Below, in pieces: positions 37,371-50,465 of a stretch of 64,000 nucleotides of DNA (the stretch's first letter is position 1; each line of letters begins with the position of its first letter). This DNA comes from Vicugna vicugna (taxonomy: Eukaryota). A model generated the notes under the pieces. It searched no databases. It saw only the letters and a program-made list of their open reading frames with translations, and was not told the DNA's origin. Position numbers and translations under genes: made by a program. The stretch spans positions 877,308 to 941,307 of the forward strand of contig MU061578.1 of NCBI GenBank assembly GCA_013265495.1. Direction: 5' to 3'.

Positions 37371-38184
37371 AGCTCACGGCTCAGGGACCCGTGCCCTCCT
37401 GGCAACAGGCATTTTAGTAAAACCTGGGTGGCAACGAAGGAAAAAAAAAACTCTTTCCTTAGAAGATCTGAGTGAAGACCAGCTCGAGCAGAGAAGACAG
37501 CAGAAGTGCAAAGACCCACGGGCAGCCTCAACTGCAAGGAAATCAAGGAATAACAAGAAACCCTCATCACTGTCCGCTCCAAAGATCCTAAGAGTGAGCG
37601 GACAGGAGCTGTATCTGATTCCGGAAATACGGACTTGAGGAAGGAAAGCATCTCCCCAGATTAGAAAATTGCATGCCTTCCAGAACACAGTCAGCTCTTT
37701 CTGAGCACCAAGCGGGCAAAGCAAGACAGAAGGACGAGTCCCTCTAGGACGGTCTCCAAATCTCAGGATTACTTTTCTTTTTTAAATCTGCAGATATCTT
37801 CTCCCACAGGTTCATCTTAGATTATCTTCCCAAACGTTTGGCTCAGCTCATTCTCCAGAATTGTACTGAAACCCTAAGGACTGGCAAATGAATCTCTCTC
37901 TCACTGTGATATCCCATTTGTTTCTTGACCAATATCTTATGCACATCCCTCTTGAACTCTTTCCAAATCACACAACCACAGCCTGTCCCTCCGAACTACG
38001 GAAGTATCCTTCCGGCATGCCGGAAGTTTCCTTTCCCCAGCCCAGGAATTGACCCAGGGAAACATACTGGAGGGTTAGAAAGTCTGGAAAAACAAAGCCA
38101 TCTGTCCTTTTCATCAACTCTTTGAGCTTTTAATTGGTTCTAAGTTCATCCGTCTCTTTTCCTGCATTCACTACCTTTGCTTGG

Positions 38185-38618
38185 TGTATTGGGTTGAAGA
38201 GTCTCACCCCCAAAATTCATGTCCACCTAGAACCTTGGATTGTGACCTTACTTGAGAACAGGGTCTTTGCAGGTGTAATTAAGATGAGGTCACACCGGAT
38301 TAGGGTGGGCTGTAAATCCAAGGACTGGTGTGTCCTTATGAGAAGGCTGTGTGAAGACACAGACGCCCAGAAAAGGATGGTCAAGTGAAGATGGACGCAG
38401 AGCCATAAGGCAAGGGACACTGAGGACTGCTGGCAACCACAAGAAGCGGGGAGAGAGGCATGAACACATTCTCCCTCAGAGCCCTCTGCAGGAACCGATC
38501 CTGGTGAGACCCTGGTTTCAGACTTCCAGCCTCCAGAACTGAGAGAGTATACGTTTCTGTTTTTCCCAGCCACTCCACTGGCAGTAATTTGTTACGGCAA
38601 TCATGGGAAACCAATACC
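38185..38618 (+). mobile_element. MLT1B/C-like MaLR solo LTR, full length
   Basis: Starts tgtattgggttgaa and ends ggaaaccaatacc. Perfect 5-bp TSD CTTGG (38180-38184 / 38619-38623). Confidence 0.92.
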
Positions 38619-39142
38619 CTTGGGCGCCTCCATTCATCTTTTAATGCTCAGGTAAATGTCCCATCTTAAGAGCAGCCTTCAGTGGCTGAGGGAGCACAAG
38701 TTTTCACACTTCTCTGTGCCTCAGAATCATGGCAGGTGGATGGTCCTTAAAATGGAAACGCTTGCATTCTAACCACAGAGATCCTGACTCAGTATTTGTG
38801 AAAAAGTAGGACCCAGGGACCTACGTGGTTTGCAGGCTGCTTCTTGGTTCTCTCCCCAGGGGATGCCAACACAGGTCCCCCACAGAATCTCTACTGAGGA
38901 ATCTGTTGTAAACTAGGTCAATTCAACGACAATGTCCACATTTCTTCCCATTAAGAAGCAGTATGACCTTGAACCAACACACTGAGTTTGCATTAAACTT
39001 GACTGTTAATCCAAAGGAGACTAGTCCAATGGAGGCGGAGGGTCGTAGAGAAGAAAAGCAGAAGATCTAAGGTGAAGCCTGGAGCCCAGTTCACAACCAC
39101 TTTGTAAAACTGACTTCACTGCAGCAAAATTTCACTTGGGAA

Positions 39143-39318
39143 CAGAAATGGATATTTGGAAGGTGATGGAGCTTAAGCTTCAGAGATCATCACTTCTGGT
39201 GGTATGTTTCCATGGCCACACTTCACTTTGCACTAGTCGGTTTGCATCTTTTTCTTAAAGGAGGGGGATCTCAAATTTATGTAAATCTCACATTTCATAA
39301 AACCTAGATCTACCTCTG
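39143..39318. mobile_element. MER53-like hAT MITE
   Basis: CAG...CTG ends, gaagcttaagcttcag-like motif, tttttcttaaag and aaaacctagatctacctctg. Perfect 8-bp TSD CTTGGGAA (39135-39142 / 39319-39326). Confidence 0.85.
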
Positions 39319-41581
39319 CTTGGGAAATATGAAAAGGTGAGTTTAGGTTTCCACAGGAGGGTCTTGATTACTAGAATGAGAATTCTGGAGTTCCTGGAGT
39401 CTGTTCTGTGGAATTGCCCAATGGAGCGCAACTGGGGATTCTGGTGTAAGGGGAGGGCGTGGTCATGTGCTTTTTAGGAGGCGTGGTCTGACGGATTGAA
39501 TCGGGCAGCACTGACTAGCCTAGGAAAAGACTCACTTGGAAGGCTGCTCAGAATACGTCTGCACACCGCTTCACGTAGGTGGTGATGCAACGAATACCAG
39601 TCTCCCCTCCCCAACTCACTTATGGCTCAACTGTGGTCCAGCGTGGCAACTCAGCCCACACCAGTCAGGGAGAACCCGCTGAAAACCTGTGTCTGGTTAT
39701 ACTCAGAAAATGTGGGCTTGCCATTCTACTCCTCTTGAACATCTGGAACTAGGATCATCCAATTGTCTATCCTGGGACAGCCCTGATGACGTGACTCCCA
39801 AGTTGACAAACTCAAGTGACAAGCAGCTCAATCATGGAGGGGATGACAAAGTTCATCCTTCTGCTAAATTCACGTGGGTCTAGGGGGACTCAAGGGCCAG
39901 GCAAACATTTCCAGGAGAACCACTGGTTACGAAAAGCCCTATTTGTCTCTGTGTCGGGTGTTCATTTGTCAGTCCACACAGTGTCTTTGACAAGGAGTTG
40001 GGTCCCAGTTAACCCAGATTTTGGACAAGACAGAGTAGCAAAGAAGGAAAATGGCTTTCGTAAGACCACCCTGCAAACTGTTGGCCAAGAAGATTCCTGT
40101 CTCCTTGAATGGCCTTGTTTAGCCAAGAAAAAGGAAAGATATAGGAAGGAAAACTAAGTCTAACAGCTTAGTAATACAGTAAATGAAAGCGGCCAACATC
40201 TACCACCCAACGGAGAGCATTCATTTAACAAATGTTTATTAAACAATGTTCATGAGGGAGGACTGTGATAAAAATGCTCAGTGAATATCTGTGGTTAGAG
40301 ACTAGGTGCTTTGCGGCTATCAGTCTGTGGCCATCTTGAAAAGGTACTCTACGTGCGAGGACAGGGTGAAGAATGGTGGCACCACGTAGGAGATCTCCCT
40401 GTGCTCTGAATTTCTAAAGGACCCGAGGAAACACCTTCTGTATTCTGCAAAGGGCCTCCTGGGACGAGCTTGCTGGGGAGAAGACATTTTACATTCTGAA
40501 CCCGATGGTCGCAATCTCACTTGATTTATGGACCTGTCACTACCATTTGATGCTGTATCAAATGCATTTTGAGAAGTTCATTTGATGAGCCTCTTCAGTT
40601 CTCAAAAGCTTGTCCTAATTATGCAGATCTGGGGCAAATATTGTGATTCCTGCTTTCATTTATTCTAATGGGGCTGGTGCATGGGGGGATCAGGGACCCA
40701 TTGGGCCTCCCGGTCAGTGAGAGAGGAGTGGAGGATTTCATTGTGAATAGGGTAAGGTTACAGACCCCAGATCCACACTGAAACACATGCCATCACTCTT
40801 TTTTCCTTATTATCAATTTTCCTTCCACTGCTTATAATACTCCTATAAATCCAGGCACTAGCACTTAATGTCTGTCCTTTGTTTAATCCTCGATAACCAC
40901 CAGCGTTAACTACGCGTCACCCTTTGCAATATGCTACCCCCAGTCTCCCCCAGCACATCCCTCACACCCAGCACCAGCATCACCAGTTGACAAGACAGTG
41001 TTTTTCCAGGCAGTAAGGAATTCTGCTCATTTTTACCCCTAAAAGTAAAACTTCCAAAGTCCGGCTCAGCAAGAGAGTTGGAAAAAGTTCTTCATATGAC
41101 ACACCATGATTCTGGATTTGCTGAGACTCTCAGAATTCCTGGAGTTTTTGCAGAACACCTTCGTTATTTGGAGCAGCTGCCATTGCCTTTCATCCCTCCC
41201 CCCAAGGTGTTTCCACCTTTGACTCTGTCGTCTCTTCCCAGTGTCACCACTGGCATCCCTCACTGGAACCCCTTCTCTAGACTCTACAATCTAGATAATG
41301 AACTTGGGAGATAATGTACATCTCCTCAAAACAATGACCCTGCCCCCAATCTCATGATCTATGTATCAGCCAGACCACACTCACCTTTACAAGATCACCC
41401 TTTACGAGAAAGGTCAGAACATAAGAAAATGTATGTGTAAACTCCTAGGGGAAGATTTCTGAGACCTCACACTGCACAGCTGCATAACTACGATGCTAAA
41501 TAAGAACCCCAGCCAGTGTTGGTTTAGTATTATGTGATTCATCAAGCGTTTTGTGCACGTATGATCTTGTTTGACTTAAAT

Positions 41582-41607
41582 ACACACACACACACACACA
41601 CACACAT
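41582..41607. repeat. (AC)13 microsatellite
   Basis: Read directly from the sequence. Confidence 0.95.
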
Positions 41608-41764
41608 CTAACTTAAGGCAACCACAGAAAACAACTCCAGTTATTTCTTGATCAACAAACTAGAAGTATTTTCTTGAAGATAAATTTGTACAGGCTTTGT
41701 TTCAGCCTAGAGAAAGGATGCCTTAAGCAATAAAGGAATATGAAAACAGCAGCGTCTTATTGCA

Positions 41765-41975
41765 AGGAGTTTGGAAGTCAACATTTTCACGCCATGCACA
41801 TCACTCACTAGTTATAAGCTCTGAAACAAGTCAGTCCACCCCTCTGCACATCGATTTCCTTGTTTACGACACAGGGCCAACAGGTCTCTCATGGCTAATT
41901 TGCAGGATTTTTAGTTTCAGAGAGGTTCAATTGAGATAACACATCTGAAACGCTTACAGGTTTGTGAAGTACTAC
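41765..41975 (+). mobile_element. MIR SINE (degraded)
   Basis: ttggaagtcaac...actcactagttataagctctgaaacaagtca...ctctgcacatcgatttccttgttta...tgagataacacatctgaaacgctt. Confidence 0.6.
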
Positions 41976-44900
41976 CCCCTAAAAATATACGTATACAGAA
42001 ATAAACTGCAAATTTTAGGACACTTAAACTCGATTAATGAACTGGCTCAGAAAAGTGAGTGTGAGATAAGATGACGTATTTATTATGAAAAGATAAGATG
42101 AGAATATTTATTACATAAATCAGGTTGCTGGATTTCATGCCCAGCAAAATTCAAGAGTCTCAGCTTTCCAATCAACTGCAGAACTGAAACCTTTTGGAGA
42201 GAAGAAGAAGAGGGGAGGGGGACAAAAGCTCCTGAAGCCAGAGCTTATTAAATCAATTACATGATTAATGTGAAAGAGAGTGTGTGAGCTAGAAGGGGGA
42301 GGGGGCAGTGGTTCACTGAGCACAGTAAAGGACGCTGATCAAGCATTTTTTGTAACCTTCTAAGCCACCAAGAAAATTGCCTCTCGGTGGATGAATCAAA
42401 CTGGAGAAATATATTTGTTGGCAGCTTTTCATATTAAAAAATAAAGTGATAGTATATGAAATCTCCTGTACCGCTCAATCCCAAAATTGACAAATATTAG
42501 AAACATTAGGAACATCTCCCCATGAATCAAGAATGACATTTTATCCTTGGCCGGAGTTTTCTCATGCACCAGGAGGGTAAGGCTTGTGATTCCGATAGGA
42601 AGGCGCTGCCCAAAAGGAAAAAAAAAAAAAAAGAGGGATGCTACTTAAAACATTTGATGGAGTTTCCTTTCCAGTGCATGCTGGGAGAAATGTGTAAACT
42701 GCCCATGTGATGAGTTCCACAAAAGATCATTAGTCAGAAACAGGCAATGGGTCAAGTCATCTCTTTGATGGAGTTTGAAGATGAATTTTTCTTGGAGGCC
42801 ATGGACCAGGTCCTGAATCAGGAGAGAAAAAAAATAAATCACCCAGCCACCCAGACCGAATGAGCTGATCTGGTGGGCGATGACGGAGGGCTGAGGCCAG
42901 GGTTTCTACTAGCAACCAAGTCTTTCCCGTTCTGGTTGACAAGATGGACAACCATCCGTCCTCTTAAAAGATTCATGACCCAACTTTGCACTCTCTACTG
43001 CTTGCTTTCTCGTAAAACCAGTGCAAATCCTATCAAAAATTTAGCAGAATCCCTGCCTCATCTGTTTAGGCCTGAAGCTAGTTGCAGGGACAACTCATTA
43101 GGGACAGGCTCATTAAAACCAGCCCTTGGGCAAAAGCAGTTTGCGAGCCTCCTCATTTTTATTCACTCTCACCTTCCTGCCCAACCTCCGTGAGCCCTCA
43201 GACACAGGGCTTCTAATGATTTTGTACAGTGTGCAGGTCTGTTCGCAGAGTTGCAGGACCCAGGGTTCGACAAATGCTGCTCCTCACGTCTGCCAAAGAT
43301 CATCTGCCTCTTCTCCTTTGTGTGCGACGGGAGGGCTGTGCCGGAGAGGGAGGTGTGGTAGAGAAAGGCAGGAGAGAATCCTGTAGGCTGGCCAGCTTCT
43401 CACCTGGGGATGGCTGGGGATAACACCTGGCACTGCAGCGGCCGTGGAAGCCCAGGGGACCAAGCCAGAGCTCTGGCAGAACAAGGGCCAAAAGGTGAAA
43501 TCTTCTGGGTCTCATTCACGCATCCTGTTCAGCCCGGCACTCAGACCCTTGGGCACCTGGAGCCCGAGCAGCAGCCTGGCTAATGGATTCACTACCAGAT
43601 GTTTTCTGCTATGTGCCAGGGATACCGCTCCCTACATGAACTGGGGAAGAAGCTCACTGGTGCCGGGAAAGAGCTGTTGGGTTCTCCAGGCGTGGCTGCA
43701 AAGCACAGGCAGCCCCAGGGCAGATACAAAGTCTTCCAACTGCCAATTTCTCAATTTCTCTGGGCGAGTTTATTTTTCCAGGGTTGGGAGGACAGGGCTG
43801 CAACCCCACATGGCCAGTGGAGAGTGAATCAGGTTGAGTCAAGGTCAAAAGTGAGTCCCAGGGACCGCGTTCAACCGGGAAGCTCATGGCCCACTTAAGC
43901 GGGCAGATTGGACTGAGCCTGAGCTGGTGGTTGAAATGTGGGGAAGTCGCCCAATATGCCGATAGTCTAACTTTTCACAGAAGCCAGAAACCTCGATTTT
44001 AAGTGAGATCTCTAAGTGTTTCCATACTGGCAGCTAATAACGGAAAGAAAGCAGAAACAACAACTCTGTGGGCGAAGAAAACTATAGATTTCAGGCTTAC
44101 GACACCTGATCTGAGAAAGATACTGAATTAGGAGGCGCCTGGATGCTGGCCTCAGTCTGACCACCACCTGCTCACAGCAGCACATCAGTGGACCTCTACA
44201 GGCCCCTCTCCGCAATTCTGTAAAGTGAGGGACCAGCCGATGCGATCTCTCAGACCGAAATTCTGTGACTCTAATCCTTCTAAAATAAACTTTATTAGGT
44301 AGGGCTTATGGATTCCACAAGCATTTAACCATCTCATATGGAACTAATATGCTAATAGCTCCACCACTGCCAAAGCCATTGATGCTGATTGTTCTTAAAA
44401 CATAGATTATTAGCCTAATAGAGCTTCCAGAATTGCCAAGTCATGTGCACGCGGCTTCGATTCCCTAACCGCAATGGACTTCAATAAAACAAGAGAGGTT
44501 GGTTTCCGGGGACGAACTGGGGAGCAGGGGAGCCCTGGGGTAGCCTCATCTCCCAAGGTGCCAGGGGTCACATTCCGCAGCTCTCCTGTGAGAACATGTA
44601 GTTGAACTTAATTAGAAGTTGACACGCTGGGCTCATACTGGACCCCGAGGGTTCTATGCAACCCATGGAAGCTTCTCAAGGTGAGGGGGCAGAGAGGAAG
44701 GGGCGGAGTGGAGAAGGCAAAGCTCTGGGTTTCATTTCTGTTTTTTCTTGCTGCCTACCCAGCCCCAAACAGAGACGCTTCGTTAGGGCCATCTTGTGCG
44801 TTCATCAGAGACTTTGAGCAAAATATGTGAAACAAAAAAATAAATAAATGAATAAATTATTTAAAAAAAAAACCTCTCCAAATAAAAGAGTAGGACTTTC

Positions 44901-46199
44901 ACAACGAGATCTGGAAGCCCTAATTTTCTAGATGCCTGAGATCTGCTGAGCCAGCTCAGCCCCTGACTACCTAATTCTGGCCACATCACTCTGTCTGTGC
45001 CTCCATCATCTATCTGGGTTGGGGGAAGCTGAGAGGAAATTCACCAGGGAGACAGTTCCTTCCCTAAAAATCTCCGTATTCATTTTCCCCAGCTGGAAAG
45101 GTTACTGCAAAAACAATCTTGCTTTGGCTCACCATTAATTCTCCAATACTCACCTCCCCCTATCCCAAAAGCCCATGGTTGGGGTGAAACAAGCTCTGTG
45201 CTATTGATCTGGGGAGACCATAGGCCCCATGGCATGATTTACCTGATCAGAAAGGATTCGGTTGTTCTGTGGTTAAGGGAAGCAGGAAGGGACACCACGA
45301 ATCTGTTCCAGGGCAACTGCTTTCTCTTAGCTTTTAACCCATCATCGTCTTATCCTCTCCATCTACATTATTGCCACCTCTTCCACAAACCCCGATTTGA
45401 CAAGCAAGGAATGTACATTTGGGGGTGGCTGCTGTAGAAAGACTGCATGAGGAAAAGACATGTCCATTCGCGATGCAAATACAGTCACAAATGAGTCAGT
45501 GCTTGCATGAACAGTGCCTTTAAAACAGTTATTTAATCCAGCGAACATTTATCTTCAGGAAAAAAAAAAAACCTGAGCAGCATGGGGACTCAAGACATTT
45601 TGCATTTAAAACATGGATGACGTCCTCTCCAAGTGGCCCCTTTTAGGGAAGATATTTACAAATCTAATTTATGCCAACTTTCCAGGCCTGGAGATGGCAG
45701 GGAATGACAGATAATTCTGGGTTAAAAATCACGGCCAGATTGGAGGAATACAAATGATCTGTTCTCTTTTTAGAACAAACGGGTCTGTTTCCCTCTATCC
45801 AAAAACAAAAGGGAGGCTGTAGTTCAGATCTGCCTTTTAGGGAATCCTTCAGCCAGCACGGACTCATGATGTTCTACAAGGAGATGGAAAGGGAAGTTTC
45901 GAATCTTGGCCCTGGAGGTGTGGGGAAGGTCACGCCATTGGCAAGATCATGTGGTTAGTATCTTTTGCTCCTTGAACTGGATCTGTGGGTTCAAGGTCGC
46001 CCACGACAATGAAGACAAGCTCGATGCAAAGACCCACATCTGGGGAGACTCATCCAGAAGGACATCCAACCTCCAGCGCAGGGAGGGTGCTCCTCCGTAC
46101 ACGTGCGCCCTGAGCGCACCTGGGGAGACCCCCACGTCGGTTCAACAAAACAAAACGCAGTGGCTTCCGCCGAACTCCACTCCGCCACAGTGCGACCTG

Positions 46200-47780
46200 C
46201 TTTCATTAGAGATTCTCTACAAACAGGTGCTTCTCACTGGGCTGACTTCTGAAATGGCTTTCTTTTTATTCCCAGGGACACATCAAGAGCTGAGGGGGGA
46301 TTCATGCAGTATAGATCAGTCGGCCATTGACAGCGCCTCACGCTTTGACAAGCTGCTTGGCTCGGTTGAAAGTCTAGGTTGGGCTTGGGCCCGTCAAGGC
46401 TACGCTATTGAATTATTGACAGGCGCTCACCGTGGTGCAAGGGGGGAACTATTGAGCCTCAGCTCAATAAAGATGAAATGGAAACCCTCTCTGAAGCCGA
46501 CTTTAGCACGTTAAAGGAGTTTTAATGGGCTGGTTTAAAATTCAGTAAGAGAATGCATTAGGCTGATTATATTTTCAATGGATAAACGCAGGCACGCACA
46601 CAAGTTGGGGATTCTGAAGGGCTTACAAATGAGGGGGGCGCCTGTCAGGACGCATTACGCCCTTCTAAAGGGAAGCAAGAGTCCGCATATGTTCCAGCCA
46701 GGTCTCAAGAGCGGTTACTTCCCTGCCCTCTCTCCTCGATCCCCCTTCTTCCACCATCCCAGCGTAGTTGCTCAACTGTTAGCCTGGATGTAACAGGTGA
46801 AACCTGCAGTGTCATCCTGGCCCCTTTGGCCTCGAAGGACCCAAAGCATGGCGTGCATGCAGTCCCTGGTGGCACTTTTTACTCCTCCCAATCCCATTCA
46901 TAACCTCCGTCCCCCTCCCTGGCAAGAGTAAGGCGTTCCTCACATCAGCATGCCATTAGACAGACTGAAGTAAGGTCAGTAGCCAGTGTCCCCTGCTTGG
47001 CAAATTAATATTAACAATTCCGATTTTTCTTATATAATCTCTTGTCTTCTTTAAATTTCCACCTGCCAAGATTTACTTGTATTTTAATAGCTGATGTCAG
47101 ACAAGCAGCGTGGAGCGAGTCCCATCTCAGAACTATAATTTTAAATACAATGAGACGCACATCAACTGTCGCCTTGACGTGCAGGGAATTATTCCACGTG
47201 GACTTCTAAAGTGCATCCTAAGAGCTTCAAAGACCGAGCACATTTTCAAAGAATTTAAATTGATGATCATGGTGTGCTTTTTTTTTTTTTTAAAGCAATT
47301 TGTCTAATGTGACCCTATATTCATTTTTTTTTCCCCTGACTTTGCTTCCAATGGGCTGCCTCCTGTCAAATTGCAGAAGGGGCCAGCCAGCACATCTAAA
47401 TCTGTGTTCATTTGCCTTCTGCAGGATTATCTTTGCCACGCTGAGCAGTATAAGTAAATCAAAGATGCTTCTCGGGGCTGCAGGAGTAGAGTAATCTCCA
47501 GACAAATATTTAGAAGGCAGCTTTGCCTGCTCCGGCCCTAATCGTTTCCAACTGATTTGACTTATTCTAATTACAGCCTTTATGTTATAAAAGCCATTTT
47601 TATGTTGCCGGGGAGCAGTTTCATTGCAAATACATGAAATTTTGCTGAGTTTCCGTTCCCATGTTGATTATGAAAATGGTACTCTGCAGCTCGGCTCTAA
47701 TTAGAAAAACACACTGCACGGAACGTCAACACTTTTTAACATTAATAACGCACCGACAGTGTCCTTTTGTCTCTCTTAAC
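46200..47780. promoter_or_regulatory. Candidate conserved non-coding element/enhancer cluster
   Basis: Repeat-free. TGACAG at 46328 and 46417, CTGTCA 47363, GTAAATCAAAG 47454-47464, TTTTTATG 47597, CTAATTAG ~47697. CpGs are retained. Confidence 0.5.
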
Positions 47781-48149
47781 ATCCTTCCCACAAAGGCTGA
47801 CACCAGAGAGCCTGGGATCCACTCTGCTACAGAAGGAACGCTCACTTCCCCCAGGGTTGATGGGCCAGAAATCCCCCATCTTCCCCAAAATGGGGACTGT
47901 CTATTTGGAGAGATGGGATACTAATTTAATATAACAAAAGCAAGGGGGGGAAAGATAATTAAATTCTCTAGCACAGTTTAGGGTAATGCATTTGTTTCAT
48001 GACTATGAACTTGGAAAAGTCGAGCACAGCATCATAAAGCAGCTTAAATGGATCCCGTTGTAAGTCTGAGTGATGCATCTGTCCCAGGGCTTCTTTTGGT
48101 GTTAGGGGGTTTTATGCGTTGGGAGGATCTCAGCAAAAAGAACAAATAA

Positions 48150-48340
48150 GTGTCCAGATACCACACTTAGACTGGAGGTAGCCTGGGGCCAGACCCTCAG
48201 CCTCACCGAGACTCAGTTTTCTCATCTTTAAAACGGGAATGATCACACCTGCCTTGCAGGGAGATAGTAAGGATGCGGTACAAATGCAATCCTCTTGCAC
48301 GGTGTTGTAAATGCACATTCATCCAGCTGTTTTGGAGAGT
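48150..48340 (+). mobile_element. MIR SINE
   Basis: gagactcagttttctcatctttaaaacgggaatgatcacacctgccttgcaggg. Confidence 0.7.
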
Positions 48341-49242
48341 GATCTGCTGGATCCTGTGCAATTTCAAATGTGCCTTAGCTTGGAACAGGCAATCCCACTT
48401 CTTGTAAGATATCTGACATGAAGCCATGCACATGAATTTAAACACTTCTGTTCACCTTTGCCTACCAAAATACTTTGGGATGCAAACAAAGAGTGTGAAG
48501 AAACAAACTGGAAATAACATAAACACTGACCAAAGGGAAAGATGTCATGGTCCATTATTAAACAACTGAACAAACAACACAAATAGAATAATCCCACTGG
48601 GAAAAAAATATATACGTATGTTGCTTGGCCAAAACATAGGAGCATTTTTCATTGGAAAGGCACAGCCAATTTGCCCCCCAAAAAGGCTGTCTTGAGTTAT
48701 ACTCTCATCCACAGTTGTCTGTACACTTGGAGAGACTGTTTCATGACGTCGGAGGGCTCAGGCCACACCTGCAGCAGAAAAGTGCTGGAGATGGGAGAAG
48801 AACATGGCATATAACTGAAGGTCGTAGTGGAGGGAGGAGGAAAGAGGTTGCTGTGTGATAGAAGAGGTCATTTGCTGCAGTGATATCGAAGGACTTCACC
48901 AAGAGTTGCCCTCTTTAGTCACTTCCACAGGGAAACACACACATGTACACACACACACTTGCGCACGCGCCACAAAGGGGCAACTCCTGAGGTAAAAATG
49001 CAAACTTCTGGAAGGAAGACTGACAGTCTGGCTTTCTTTCAGACAAGATCTGAATCTGTGGCTATGATTTTTGCCTGGATGATGGAGGTCTTCAAACAAT
49101 CTTCTTTATCCTGGCACTGAACACACAGCCAGTTTAAAGGGTGGGTGCTTTTGCTGGTAGTGAGCCAAGTCTGCTTCAAGGTGGCTTGCAAAAATTCTTG
49201 CGTTTTCCACTTCCATTTTTTAAACCAGGTCCCTCTTGTATT

Positions 49243-49936
49243 CAAAGATCTACATGGATAGCTATGCTGCCCTTTCTCGGAGGTGGAGCATAGCTGCCCA
49301 GCCCTAAGCGTGGGCTGCTCAGGGTGAGTCCCTCCCAAAGAGCACAGTATGGAAAGGGAGGAGAAAAGAGGAAGTCTGCCGTGGAGAAAGCTGACAAACA
49401 CTACCTTATCCAGGCGATCAAGGTGAACATCAGCAATGATCAATCTGATAGTAGATGCCCTTGATAGACTGTGATGAAAACGGCACTTCATCTCTGTGGT
49501 CTTCCCCTCCAAACCCATAACCTCAGTCTCACCATGAGCAAAACATCAGACAAGCCTAAACTGAAGGACACTACACAACACCTGACCAGAACTCATCAAA
49601 ACCACCAAGGTCACCAAAAAAAGGCGGGCATGCCTATGAAATTGTCGTAGAGGGAACTAGAAAGACATGATGACCAAATATAATGTGGGATCCTGGATGG
49701 GGTCCAGGAACAGAAAAGGGACATTAGATAAAAATTAAAGAAATCTGAATGAAAGATGGACTTTAGTTAACAAGAACGCATCCATGTTGGATCATTAATC
49801 ATGATAAATGTACCATAGCCGTGTAGGATGTTAACAGTAGGGAAGGTCGGGTGCAGGGTACAAGGGAAATCTCTGTGCTATCTTTGCAACTTTCCTGTAA
49901 ATCTAAAGCTATTCTGAAACAAAAATGTATTAAAAA
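49243..49936 (+). mobile_element. L1MC (L1MC3-like) 3' UTR
   Basis: gtggagaaagctgacaaacactacctt...gatcaaggtgaacatca...gtgggatcctggatggggtccaggaacagaaaagggacatt...ctgtaaatctaaagctattctg. Confidence 0.85.
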
Positions 49937-49959
49937 CACTAAACTTCAGGGGCTCCTGA

Positions 49960-50465
49960 GAACCCCTGAGAGATGCTGTCAAGTAAGACATGCAGGCCCT
50001 TGCTTTTTTGGCTCCTTCCTCATCTCCCAGGTTTACCTCCTGCCATTTCTCCTACAACACTGAGTACCAAGGTATCCTGTGCTCTTACCGGATCCATGGG
50101 CTTTGCTGCTGAGCTCTCCTCTACCAGAAGCATCGCTGATCTTTCTTCCTTTTCACCTGGTTAATGCCTTTTAGTGTCTTTAAGATCATTCAGCCTTGAC
50201 CTCTCCTTGAGTAGCTTCTAACAGTATTGGTGGCTCATCCTCAACGTGCTCATTAATACACAACCCAAAATTCCGCTTTCATCTTCAGCTGATAATTAAT
50301 TGTCTACCACACTTCTCCAGACTCCTTCACAATTGGCCTCCATTACCTTCTCTCTGCCCCTTAGCTTAGTGCATGGTACACGGCAGATTTTAAATAAGTA
50401 TTTTCAGAATGAATGGATGAATGAATAGATGAATGAGTGGATGGATGGGTGGGTGGGTGGATGAA
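49960..50465 (+). mobile_element. L2 3' fragment ending in (TGAA/TGGA)n
   Basis: catgggctttgctgctgagctctcctctacc...cttagtgcatggtacacggcag...gaatgaatggatgaatgaa. Confidence 0.65.

Noticed and set aside
45906..46514. 202-aa ORF
   Set aside because: It has a TTG start and no recognisable protein similarity or exon context, and it overlaps a motif-rich non-coding block.
49039..49518. 159-aa minus-strand ORF
   Set aside because: It is mostly the antisense of an L1MC 3' UTR.
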